64,000 nucleotides of DNA from Flavobacteriaceae bacterium (GTDB lineage: Bacteria > Bacteroidota > Bacteroidia > Flavobacteriales > Flavobacteriaceae): positions 57,560-121,559 of the forward strand of contig JALRBW010000004.1 in NCBI GenBank assembly GCA_023257625.1. The letters run 5' to 3'. Under the pieces are notes generated by a model. That model did not search any database, was not told where the DNA came from, and worked only from the letters and a program-made list of their open reading frames with translations. The translations under genes were made by a program, and so were the position numbers. Numbering within the stretch: the first letter of the stretch is position 1; every line of letters begins with the position of its first letter. Positions 10,404 to 19,320 of the stretch are shown piece by piece.

Positions 10404-10775
10404 TTAGGAAATGAGCCCTTGCTTAAGAAAGTATTCTACAATTGCAGTTTTCATAAGTATACTTTGTTCGCCGGGTTTTAAATAAGGTAAAGGGATAGTA
10501 CTTTTGAAATATGGCCAACCTTGTTCATCTATAAAATCAAACGTATAATAGCCATAAGGCTCTAATACCGTGCAAATACCAATATGAATTAAATTGATAT
10601 TATCTTCTTTTTTAAAACGTTCATGAGGTTTACCAAACTCTTGCAATCCAATCAAATATAATATACCCTCAACATCTAAATTTTCACCATCTGAGAATTG
10701 GTTTGTAAGTTTTTTTATAAGGTTTTCCCAACGAGACTTAAGAACTGGATCAGGTGATGATTTTGGCATACACAA
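10404..10775 (-). CDS. Hypothetical protein
   Basis: 123-aa ORF with coding-like composition, downstream of pheS. The true start may be the third codon (ATG at 10769). No family recognised. Confidence 0.5.
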   Translation of the reverse strand: MCMPKSSPDPVLKSRWENLIKKLTNQFSDGENLDVEGILYLIGLQEFGKPHERFKKEDNINLIHIGICTVLEPYGYYTFDFIDEQGWPYFKSTIPLPYLKPGEQSILMKTAIVEYFLKQGLIS

Positions 10776-10847
10776 AAATATTATTATTCGAGTGAGTTGA
10801 TACTTTAAAGCGCTTTTTCTTTTACTAAAAAGATGTATTTTGGTGTA

Positions 10848-11357
10848 ATGAACACTTTTGATATTATAGTTTTAATTATTTTTTGTTACGGAGCTATTCG
10901 AGGCCTTGTCAAAGGATTTATTATAGAATTGGCTGGAATTATTGGTTTACTTTTAGCTTTTTATGGAGCATACCAATTTGCAAATGTTGTTAAAAATTTA
11001 ATCATAAAATATATATCATGGGATCCGAAACTCCTTTTTACTATTTCATTTCTTATCCTATTCATTGGAATTTTGATTGGGGTATCTTTTCTTGCAAAGC
11101 TAATTACAAAAACAATGAAGATTGTTGCACTAGGTTGGCTGAATCGTTTGGCAGGAGGTCTATTTGGTGTTTTTAAATGGAGCCTTATTCTTAGTGCATT
11201 GATAATAGTAGCCCAAGAAGTTAACTCAATTTTTACATTACTTCCAGATTCATTTACTAAAGACTCTTTCAGTTTTCCGCTGTTAAATGAAATTGGCAAC
11301 CAATTAATAAATTTGGAACAGCTTTATCCGATGGAGAATCTGACAAAAATCATTTGA
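10848..11357 (+). CDS. cvpA: CvpA family membrane protein
   Basis: MNTFDIIVLIIFCYGAIRGLVKGFIIE N-terminus and four hydrophobic helices typical of CvpA. Start placed at the second ATG. Confidence 0.8.
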   Translation: MNTFDIIVLIIFCYGAIRGLVKGFIIELAGIIGLLLAFYGAYQFANVVKNLIIKYISWDPKLLFTISFLILFIGILIGVSFLAKLITKTMKIVALGWLNRLAGGLFGVFKWSLILSALIIVAQEVNSIFTLLPDSFTKDSFSFPLLNEIGNQLINLEQLYPMENLTKII

Positions 11358-12156
11358 ATAGATTTTCTTTTAAACTTCTTAATTCAGCATTTTTTATCCA
11401 TCCTTCAGATCCATTTGCAATCCTTATTTTATTCCATTCTTCAAGGGTATCAAGCCATTCCATTTTTGTTCCTTCATGAAGCGTAAATAAAAGTTCGCCT
11501 TGTGCATTGGGTTCAGACCAAACGTCAATTTGTGTTGAAAATAAAATGGCCTCATTAAGTTTTTTTTCTTTATTATTTTTTACTAAACCTATGCTAAAAC
11601 TAGTTAATCCTAAAAATAAGGTAAGAAGTGAGGTGAAAAATAAAGTTCGTTTTAATATTGAACTTACTACGAAAAGATAACCTAAAAACAACATTACAAA
11701 TAACCAGAATAATACAATAGTAAACACCCCCCAAATACGGAGACTAAATAGCGAAAGTAGTTTTGATTCTAAAACTTGAAGTTGGCTTTGGGGTAATGGT
11801 TCTATAGCATCAAGGGTCATGTTTTTTGCAAAAACACTATTTATCAATACAGGTTCACTTGTTGGGTCAAGTTGTTTGGCTTTTTCATAATAAAAAATAC
11901 TTTCAGCTACATTATTTAGTCTGTAATGGGTATTCCCCAGATTAAAATACAATTCTGTACTGTGTTGTCCCGTTTTTAAAACTTGTTCATACAATGCCAC
12001 TGCTTTGCTATACTCTCCTTCATTATATGCCTGGTTTGCTTCTTCAAATAATGGTTGCATTGAGGCTTGAGCGAATAGAAAAGAATCTAATCCACTAAAT
12101 ATAACAATGTAGAATAATACCTTAATTTTTCGATAAATAGCAATTTTCATTTTCAT
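11350..12156 (-). CDS. batE: BatE-like TPR / TM / SH3-domain protein
   Basis: TPR repeats (YNEGEYSKAVALYEQVL, YFNLGNTHYRL), two TM helices and a C-terminal SH3-like WNKIRIANGSEGWI. Last gene of the Bat operon. Confidence 0.8.
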   Translation of the reverse strand: MKMKIAIYRKIKVLFYIVIFSGLDSFLFAQASMQPLFEEANQAYNEGEYSKAVALYEQVLKTGQHSTELYFNLGNTHYRLNNVAESIFYYEKAKQLDPTSEPVLINSVFAKNMTLDAIEPLPQSQLQVLESKLLSLFSLRIWGVFTIVLFWLFVMLFLGYLFVVSSILKRTLFFTSLLTLFLGLTSFSIGLVKNNKEKKLNEAILFSTQIDVWSEPNAQGELLFTLHEGTKMEWLDTLEEWNKIRIANGSEGWIKNAELRSLKENLFK

Positions 12157-13937
12157 AACTGTCGGTCTAATGAGGCTATACTCGTACTAGCTTTCTCAAA
12201 ATCACTTTGAATATTTACCATAGAGCCAGGTGCATATCGGGCTCTTTCACAATTTTCAATACACTCTATAAACTCTTGAGCGGTTTGCACTTGTACTTTT
12301 TTCTCTACTAAAAGATTTTTAATATTCGGCTTACTCATTTCTGTAGTTTCAATTTTGAGTTTGGCTTTCAAATAATTATGTAATGCCCTTTCTAACGCTT
12401 CATAAAAAGCCGTTTGATTGTGAATCGCCTTTTTTGCTGAGCTTAAATACTTTTTTGATAATTGTTCTGCTTTACGCTGTTTTGTGAGAGAGATATTTTC
12501 AGGTTTTTGAATAATTAATCGTTTTATCAAATAACCTGCTATTAGGAATATGAAGGGTATGCCTAATAGAAGCCAAAAAGCAACACTCCACCAAAATTCA
12601 GGAGTGGTTATAGGAATTAATTTTGTTTGAAGTTGAATAAACCGAAAGGCATTTTCAGAGACTTGTAAATTTTGTTTTAATTTTTGTGCATTTGGTGTTC
12701 CTTGAGATCCGATAGCTACTGGTCCGTCAAAAACATCAACGAGTAAATCTTGAGAACGTAGTGTTTTATAAGTTGCACTTTTCGGATCAAAATAAGAAAA
12801 TTGTACCGCAGGAATTGGGTATTTCCCTTGAAATTGTGGAACAATAGTATACACATCTTCTACGCTTCCTTGCATTCCTGAAAGTGTTACCTTCACCTCT
12901 TCTTGATGTTCAGGTTCATATACTTCAAGGGTTTTAGGAACATTAATTTGCGGAAGGTTAAATAATTTTAAATTTCCATTCCCATTGACCTTAACTTTAA
13001 CCTGAAAAGATTCAGATGCTTTTAAAGCACTTTTATCTATTATCACATCAAAATCAAATTGACCAACGGCTCCACTAAATTCTGCAGGCTGATCAGTGAG
13101 AGGCAAAGTTTTTACATTAATTCTCTTTTTACCCGTTGTAATTACTTTTTGGGATTGTACAGGAATTTGTCGACCAAATAAATCCCTTTGATTAGTGGGT
13201 ACTGAAAGGCTTAAGTTTAAGGTTAAGGGTTCTATTTCTAGCGGGCCTGTTTTTTGTGGATAAAGAACAACTTTACGCCAAACCACTTCATTAAATTGTT
13301 CGCCATTATAATTACCCCTTGGATTTACCTGAACCCTACCAATATTAATCATTTGACTCCAAAAATCACCAAAACTAGGGGACTCCATTTCTTGAACATC
13401 AGTGATGGAAATAGGATTTCTAAAATAAAGTTTATAAACCACCGTTATTCCCTCATTCAAATAGGGATTTGCGTCAGATATTTCTGCAACTAAACGTATA
13501 TTTTCGTCTGTTATATAATCTATATTATTAGGATCATTTGGCTTTTCAACTGCTTCAGTAACTTCAATTTCTACTGGTAGCGTTTTATACACTTCCCCTT
13601 CAATAGTTATTTCTGCTTGCCCTAAGGTGATTTTCCCTTTTGTTATCGGGGTTAGAAAATAAGTATAGGTTTTGGAAAAACTACGAACTCCATTTATCCA
13701 AGAACGACTTACCGATTGTTGTGGGCCACTGACAACTTGAAAATTGGTAAAAGAAGGAGGGTTAAAATTATCTCCATTTTCATTCATCTCAAAATCTACC
13801 CGAAGACGTTCATTTAACCCTAAACGCTTTTTGCTCACCTTTGTCTCAAAGGTAATTTGGGCTTGAAGATGCATGGAGAACATTAAGAGTAAACTCCAAA
13901 AAAACCGAATTGCTATTTTTAAATGCATGGTTACCAA
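12153..13937 (-). CDS. batD: BatD-like oxygen-tolerance protein
   Basis: 594 aa. Signal peptide, large exported domain, one TM (WWSVAFWLLLGIPFIFLIAGYLI) and a cytoplasmic tail. Its position between batC and batE matches the canonical operon. Confidence 0.8.
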   Translation of the reverse strand: MVTMHLKIAIRFFWSLLLMFSMHLQAQITFETKVSKKRLGLNERLRVDFEMNENGDNFNPPSFTNFQVVSGPQQSVSRSWINGVRSFSKTYTYFLTPITKGKITLGQAEITIEGEVYKTLPVEIEVTEAVEKPNDPNNIDYITDENIRLVAEISDANPYLNEGITVVYKLYFRNPISITDVQEMESPSFGDFWSQMINIGRVQVNPRGNYNGEQFNEVVWRKVVLYPQKTGPLEIEPLTLNLSLSVPTNQRDLFGRQIPVQSQKVITTGKKRINVKTLPLTDQPAEFSGAVGQFDFDVIIDKSALKASESFQVKVKVNGNGNLKLFNLPQINVPKTLEVYEPEHQEEVKVTLSGMQGSVEDVYTIVPQFQGKYPIPAVQFSYFDPKSATYKTLRSQDLLVDVFDGPVAIGSQGTPNAQKLKQNLQVSENAFRFIQLQTKLIPITTPEFWWSVAFWLLLGIPFIFLIAGYLIKRLIIQKPENISLTKQRKAEQLSKKYLSSAKKAIHNQTAFYEALERALHNYLKAKLKIETTEMSKPNIKNLLVEKKVQVQTAQEFIECIENCERARYAPGSMVNIQSDFEKASTSIASLDRQL

Positions 13938-14755
13938 TCTTTCTTTCCTCGAACCGGTACCCCTTTAACTTTTTTAGCATTTACTTTGTCTTGAACATCT
14001 TTTTCTTGATTATTCATAGCCTCTAGTAAACTTTGTACTTGTTGGGGTGACAGTTCTCCTTGTTTTGGAGGTTGTTGTTTTTCTTCTTGAGGATTATTGG
14101 GTTGATTTTGATTTTTTTGTTGTTCACCTTCATTTTTTGGATCACCTTCATTATCAGATTCTTCACCTTCATCCTGTTGATCATCTTGATTTTGTTGATT
14201 CTCACTTTCTTGATCTCCCTCTTTATCCTGATCTTTCTCTTGCTCCTGCTCTTTTTCCTGCTGGTCTTGTTGGTCTTTGTTATCGTCTTGTTCTTGCTCT
14301 TGAGGCGGCTCTTCCTTATCTAAAAGTTCTTTAGCAAGTGCATAATTATAACGTGTCTCTTCATCTGAGGGGTTGTTTCTAAGAGCATTTTTATATGCCT
14401 CTACCGCTTTTTCGTATTCCTTTTTTTGCATATAAACATTTCCTAAATTGTGAAATGCTCGGTGCTTTTCATCTTTGGAAGAGGCTGCTTTTTGGGTTTG
14501 AAAAAAACGCTGACTCGCCTCTTCATATTGTTCTTCTTGGTAATGCGTATTCCCTAAATTAAATAGTGCTTTTGACTCTTCAGGGGCTAATGAAAGTGCT
14601 TTTCGATATGCTTTTTCTGCATCTATAAAAGACTCTTCTTTTACTTTTGAGTTTCCTTCATAAATATGATTATTCACCTTTTTATCTTGCGCATTAACTG
14701 CAGATAAAAGACTTAAATAGAACCCTACTAACAGACTATATTTCATTGTTCTCAT
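13931..14755 (-). CDS. batC: BatC-like TPR protein with long acidic/Gln-rich tail
   Basis: Signal peptide and TPR repeats (LFNLGNTHYQEEQYEEA, FHNLGNVYMQKKEYEKAVEAY), then an 88-residue D/E/Q/N low-complexity tract. Confidence 0.8.
   Translation of the reverse strand: MRTMKYSLLVGFYLSLLSAVNAQDKKVNNHIYEGNSKVKEESFIDAEKAYRKALSLAPEESKALFNLGNTHYQEEQYEEASQRFFQTQKAASSKDEKHRAFHNLGNVYMQKKEYEKAVEAYKNALRNNPSDEETRYNYALAKELLDKEEPPQEQEQDDNKDQQDQQEKEQEQEKDQDKEGDQESENQQNQDDQQDEGEESDNEGDPKNEGEQQKNQNQPNNPQEEKQQPPKQGELSPQQVQSLLEAMNNQEKDVQDKVNAKKVKGVPVRGKKDW
14057..14320 (-). repeat. Low-complexity coding tract (D/E/Q/N/K-rich, residues 146-233 of BatC)
   Basis: Translation reads DKEEPPQEQEQDDNKDQQDQQEKEQEQEKDQDKEGDQESENQQNQDDQQDEGEESDNEGDPKNEGEQQKNQNQPNNPQEEKQQPPKQG. 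The DNA is degenerate GA(A/T)/CAA-rich repeats, which generate three spurious overlapping ORFs. Confidence 0.85.
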
Positions 14756-15779
14756 TAAAAAGATTCAATTTTTGGACCCATTTTGTTTTTGTTTCAAACA
14801 AAAATAGGTCGATTATAAGAAATAGTAAAGCAGCAATTAAAAAAGGCTGAAATCGATCTTTATAGCTAACAAACTTTTTGGCTTCAAATTCTTTTTTATC
14901 CATAGCCTTTAATTGTTCCGAAACAAAATCAAGTACTTCTTGGGTATCATTTCCATCTTGATAAACACCTCCTGTGGCAAGGGCTATAGATTCTAAAATT
15001 GATCCATTTCGTTTGGTAATAACAACCTCTCCCTCTTGATCTTTTTTGTAGGACTCAACAAGTCCATTACGCTTTATGGGAATAGGAGCACCTGCTTCTG
15101 TTCCTACTCCAAAAGTGAAAATTTTAATTCCTAAGGTGGCTGCTCTTTGAGCAGCATCCGTTGCCATTTCAGAATGATCTTCTCCATCTGATATTAAAAA
15201 TATTACACGATTGGTTTGATCTTCATCATCAAAAAAAGTACCCGCTAAATCAATAGCACTATCTAGAGCCGTTCCTTGCGAGGACAACATTTCAGTATTA
15301 AGACCTTGCAAAAACATTTTTGCAGCACCATAATCTGTAGTTATTGGCAATTGGGGGATTGCCTGGGCTGCGTATGCAATAATTCCTATCCGATCACTTG
15401 CTAATTGATTTATTATGGCTGAAACTAAACGTTTTGACTTTTCAATTCGATTGGGCGCAACATCTTCAGCTAACATACTTTTAGATACATCTACAGCAAA
15501 TACAATGTCAACACCTTCACGTTTTACAGTTTCTAATTGGGTTCCAATTTTTGGATTCATTAGACCCAATATGAGTAATGAAATGGCTAAACTCAACATC
15601 AATAATTTTAGTCCGGGTTTAAAATGGGATCGATGAGGACTAAGTTGAGCCAAAAGATCGGACTGAGCAAAGCGAGCTTGTGTATTTCGTTTCCATTGTC
15701 TAACACCAAAATACACAATCCATAACACGGGTAAAAGTGCTAAATAGTATATGTATTCGTAAGCATCTATTTGATACAT
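14736..15779 (-). CDS. batB: BatB-like VWA domain membrane protein
   Basis: N-terminal TM helices, VWA MIDAS motif AVDVSKSM and a C-terminal TM. Confidence 0.88.
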   Translation of the reverse strand: MYQIDAYEYIYYLALLPVLWIVYFGVRQWKRNTQARFAQSDLLAQLSPHRSHFKPGLKLLMLSLAISLLILGLMNPKIGTQLETVKREGVDIVFAVDVSKSMLAEDVAPNRIEKSKRLVSAIINQLASDRIGIIAYAAQAIPQLPITTDYGAAKMFLQGLNTEMLSSQGTALDSAIDLAGTFFDDEDQTNRVIFLISDGEDHSEMATDAAQRAATLGIKIFTFGVGTEAGAPIPIKRNGLVESYKKDQEGEVVITKRNGSILESIALATGGVYQDGNDTQEVLDFVSEQLKAMDKKEFEAKKFVSYKDRFQPFLIAALLFLIIDLFLFETKTKWVQKLNLFNENNEI

Positions 15780-15781
15780 GG

Positions 15782-16786
15782 TTATATAAAGCTTTTAAAA
15801 AGAGTGTTTCGCATTATCCATTCTGTTAAAAGTAAAGCTAGGGCAAGAAGCACAAGAATACGGTATTTTTCTTCATAATTGTAGTATTTAAACTCTTCAA
15901 CTTCTGTTTTTTCTAACTTATTAATTTCAGCATAAATTTCCTCTAGTTTTCTATTGTCCGTTGCCCTAAAATAAATTCCGCCTGTAGCATTTGCTATTTC
16001 TTTTAACAAGGCTTCATCTATTTCAACCTTGGTTAATCCGTATTGGAAATTTCCATTTGGCAAAATAGCTATTGGAGCCCTTGCAGTTCCATTACTCCCT
16101 AATCCTATAGTATAGGTTTTTATACCAAATTCAACTGCCAGTTCTGTAGCAATTTTAGGATCAATAAAACCTGAATTATTAACTCCATCTGTTAAAAGTA
16201 TAATTACTTTACTTTTGGCTCTACTATCTTTCAATCTATTCACAGCTGTTGCTAGTCCCATCCCAATAGCTGTTCCGTCTTCAATAATTCCTTGATAATC
16301 AATTTCGTTTAATGCTGCTTTAACAATGGATTTATCACTTGTTATGGGTGTTTTGGTATAACTTTCTCCCGCATAGACTACCAATCCAATCCGATCAGAT
16401 AGACGATCATCTATAAATGAAGCAGCAACCTGTTTTAATGCTGATAAACGGTCAGGTTTTAAATCTTGTGCCAACATGCTTGAAGACACATCTATAGCCA
16501 TTACAATATCAATTCCCTTGTTCGTTTTCGTTCGAGTAGACACATCCACTGTTTGTGGACGGGCTATGGCGAGTATAATTAGTCCCATGGCTATAAGTCG
16601 CATTGAAAATAAAAAAGGAACTAGGCGAGCTAAAAAATTTGATTTTCTTTCAAAACCTATCAGGCCTGGCATTTTTAATGTTGCTTGGCTCTTTTTCCAT
16701 GTTAATAGATGCCATGCTAAAGCTACTGGTATTACTGTGAGCAACCAGAGATAGTTATGATTAGCAAAGTAAATACCTTCAAGCAT
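15782..16786 (-). CDS. batA: BatA-like VWA domain membrane protein
   Basis: N-terminal TM helices, MIDAS motif AIDVSSSM, LLTDGVNN and a C-terminal TM. Confidence 0.88.
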   Translation of the reverse strand: MLEGIYFANHNYLWLLTVIPVALAWHLLTWKKSQATLKMPGLIGFERKSNFLARLVPFLFSMRLIAMGLIILAIARPQTVDVSTRTKTNKGIDIVMAIDVSSSMLAQDLKPDRLSALKQVAASFIDDRLSDRIGLVVYAGESYTKTPITSDKSIVKAALNEIDYQGIIEDGTAIGMGLATAVNRLKDSRAKSKVIILLTDGVNNSGFIDPKIATELAVEFGIKTYTIGLGSNGTARAPIAILPNGNFQYGLTKVEIDEALLKEIANATGGIYFRATDNRKLEEIYAEINKLEKTEVEEFKYYNYEEKYRILVLLALALLLTEWIMRNTLFKSFI

Positions 16787-16788
16787 GC

Positions 16789-18417
16789 TTATAATTCTTT
16801 AATCAATTCAATACTATTGACAATGCGTTGTTCTATTTGAGGCGCATATCGGTCTTCTTTATCATACATCATAGTAACTACGATTGTACCTTGATCAAAT
16901 GCAATTAAAAGAGCATTAAAAGTACATCGAACCAAATTGTCTTCACCATTTTTTGGATAATCTAAAGTCCCAAAGATTTTAGCAACGGGAAGTCCTGAAG
17001 CCAAGGTCATTTCCTCTGTTTTTATAAAAATATTAACAGCTCCCTGCGATTCAAATTTTGAAATTATACTATTGACTAATTCTTGTCCTTTTTCTAAATC
17101 TGCTTGTTGAGGATCTGCTTCATTTTTTTGAGCATTTGTATTCGTTGACTTTGGGAAATCAAATTGAAGATCAATATAGAAAGGACTTTTAAAACTTCCC
17201 AATCGGAAATCTTGAATGGTCGGTTGGGTTTCTTGAACACGTTCTAATACATCAGGCGTTTCAATTAACAATGGAGGTGTTCCATATTGACTTTTAACCC
17301 ATTCTCCGCTAATTAAGACTTTAGTAGGATAGCGCAGTAAGGTATCTCTAACCGGATAAAAACCGTAAAGAAGCATAGAGACTACAAGGGTTAAAACGGC
17401 AGCTATACCAATTCCTGACACACCCCATATCCACTGTTCTTTTCTGCGTTTTTTTGCCAAATATTCTTGGTATGCTGCTTTTGCTTTTAATTCTTCTTCT
17501 GTTGGCTCTGGAAGAGCTTCTTTAGTTTCAATAACTACATATTCCATTGTTTTACGGTCTGCTAGTGCAGTGCCGAATTCAGGAGTTGATTTAGCAAATT
17601 TGACTAAATCTGCATTTTGTAACACCTCGCGTAACCGTTTTAATGTAGTGTGTTCCAAATCTAAAGTTCCTGCATCTTTACGCATTTCTAGTTTAACTAA
17701 TAATTCTTCAGAAGTGCTTTCAAGTGCATCTATTTTAGCCTCTTCTTCAAGATATCTTCGAATGACATCGGTCAATCTTGAGTAATAGATCTTGTATTCT
17801 TCTTGAACGGAAGGGGTTTCTCTTTCTAATGCTTTAAGTTCGGCTAATGCACGATCAAATGGAGGGCGCTCTTGTTCGCGTAATTCTTTTCTTCTTTTTT
17901 GAAAGAAATATCCGTATAAAATACCCCCAAGAATAGATACTATAAGAAGTCCCCAGAGAAATTGAGTTATTAAAGTGTCATAATTTTTAGCTACTTCTTC
18001 TAATGGCTTAATATCGTAAAGTTTTTGTTGTGTTGTATCCACTACAATTGTATTCACACGAATGGGTATAATATCTGCAATCTTAGAAAATCCATTCACC
18101 AAAACTTGTTGTTGTGGTATAAAATAATTGCCCGAATCAAATTGAATTAAAGCATATTTTTTGGTGTAGAGATAATGGGTTTGTGTCCGGAGGGTATCAA
18201 CAATACTTTCTTCTAATAACTCAAAGGGGGCAAACAAGGGTTGCTCAGAAAATACAACTTGAGCAGAACTATCAGCTTTAATTTGAAGTGTATAATTAAG
18301 TTGTTCTCCAATTTTTATGGTTGTGGTATCTACAGTTACAGTTAGTATCCCATCTGTTTGACTAGACAACGTTGAAAAAGCAAAAAATAAGACCAAAAAA
18401 ATAAAATACTTTTTCAT
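16789..18417 (-). CDS. Bat-operon membrane protein: exported N-domain, TM, DUF4381-like cytoplasmic segment, TM, exported C-domain
   Basis: 542 aa. Signal peptide, then TM at about residues 153-172 and TM at about 329-353. The segment between them (PPFDRALAELKALE...ADLVKFAK) resembles the short DUF4381 protein that normally sits between the DUF58 gene and batA. Confidence 0.65.
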   Translation of the reverse strand: MKKYFIFLVLFFAFSTLSSQTDGILTVTVDTTTIKIGEQLNYTLQIKADSSAQVVFSEQPLFAPFELLEESIVDTLRTQTHYLYTKKYALIQFDSGNYFIPQQQVLVNGFSKIADIIPIRVNTIVVDTTQQKLYDIKPLEEVAKNYDTLITQFLWGLLIVSILGGILYGYFFQKRRKELREQERPPFDRALAELKALERETPSVQEEYKIYYSRLTDVIRRYLEEEAKIDALESTSEELLVKLEMRKDAGTLDLEHTTLKRLREVLQNADLVKFAKSTPEFGTALADRKTMEYVVIETKEALPEPTEEELKAKAAYQEYLAKKRRKEQWIWGVSGIGIAAVLTLVVSMLLYGFYPVRDTLLRYPTKVLISGEWVKSQYGTPPLLIETPDVLERVQETQPTIQDFRLGSFKSPFYIDLQFDFPKSTNTNAQKNEADPQQADLEKGQELVNSIISKFESQGAVNIFIKTEEMTLASGLPVAKIFGTLDYPKNGEDNLVRCTFNALLIAFDQGTIVVTMMYDKEDRYAPQIEQRIVNSIELIKEL

Positions 18418-19284
18418 TTACAGCCTTGCTTTAAAATATCCTAATAGCTTTTTAACATAACTTTCTTGAACACTACAGCTTAATTGACCTGCTCCGTTTT
18501 TTCGAAATCCTTCTTCAAATTGGTTAACGTGTTTTGCATAATTAAGAGCATAGTTTCTACGCATTGATTTAGAAAAAGTATTAATCCATCGTAGTTTACC
18601 TGTTTCGGCATCGCGCATAGGAACAATTCCTAAATTGGGTAAAGCCGCTTCAATTGGATCATAAATTCGTATTCCCGTCAAATCGTGCTTTTTTGATACA
18701 ATGCGCAATGTTTTTTCATAATCCGAATCTCGAAAGTCAGACATTAAAAATACTATTGCCTTTTTCTTTAACACCCCTGATAAAAACTCTAAGGCAATTG
18801 AAATATTAGTTTTTTTACTTAAAGGTTCAAATTCAAGTAATTCACGAATTATTCTCAAAATGTGTGACCTCCCTTTTTTTGGAGGAATAAATAGTTCTAC
18901 TTGATCTGAAAACAAAAGCAATCCTACTTTATCGTTATTTTGAAGAGCCGAAAAAGCTAATGTAGCTGCAATTTCGGTTAAATAATCACGCTTAAATTGG
19001 GTTTGAGTTCCAAAGGCTTCAGAGCCGCTAACATCAACTAATAACATTAATGTTAATTCTCGTTCTTCTTCAAATACTTTGACAAACGGTTCATTATAAC
19101 GCGCTGTTACATTCCAATCAATAGATCGAACATCATCACCATATTGGTATTGCCGAACTTCACTAAAAGTCATACCCCTTCCTTTAAAAGTAGAATGGTA
19201 TTCTCCACCAAAAACGTTATCGCTCAGTCGACGAGTTTTGATTTCTATTTTACGTACTTTTTTAAGCAGCGCTTTTGTATCCAT
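18418..19284 (-). CDS. DUF58 domain protein (MoxR-associated, VWA-like)
   Basis: YGDDVRSIDWNVTAR motif typical of DUF58. Immediately downstream of the MoxR ATPase gene. Confidence 0.88.
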   Translation of the reverse strand: MDTKALLKKVRKIEIKTRRLSDNVFGGEYHSTFKGRGMTFSEVRQYQYGDDVRSIDWNVTARYNEPFVKVFEEERELTLMLLVDVSGSEAFGTQTQFKRDYLTEIAATLAFSALQNNDKVGLLLFSDQVELFIPPKKGRSHILRIIRELLEFEPLSKKTNISIALEFLSGVLKKKAIVFLMSDFRDSDYEKTLRIVSKKHDLTGIRIYDPIEAALPNLGIVPMRDAETGKLRWINTFSKSMRRNYALNYAKHVNQFEEGFRKNGAGQLSCSVQESYVKKLLGYFKARL

Positions 19285-19320
19285 TGCGTCCTGTAGAGGT
19301 TTACTTAAAAATGAAGTTGT

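Noticed and set aside
10961-11299. 112-aa antisense ORF inside cvpA
   Set aside because: The sense frame gives the canonical CvpA N-terminus and four TM helices; the antisense product has no features.
14023-14334. Three ORFs (60, 95 and 87 aa) overlapping the batC low-complexity tract
   Set aside because: They are by-products of degenerate GAA/CAA-type repeat DNA that lacks stops in several frames. Their translations are monotonous L/F/I or K/N strings, and the BatC frame is continuous with its TPR domain.
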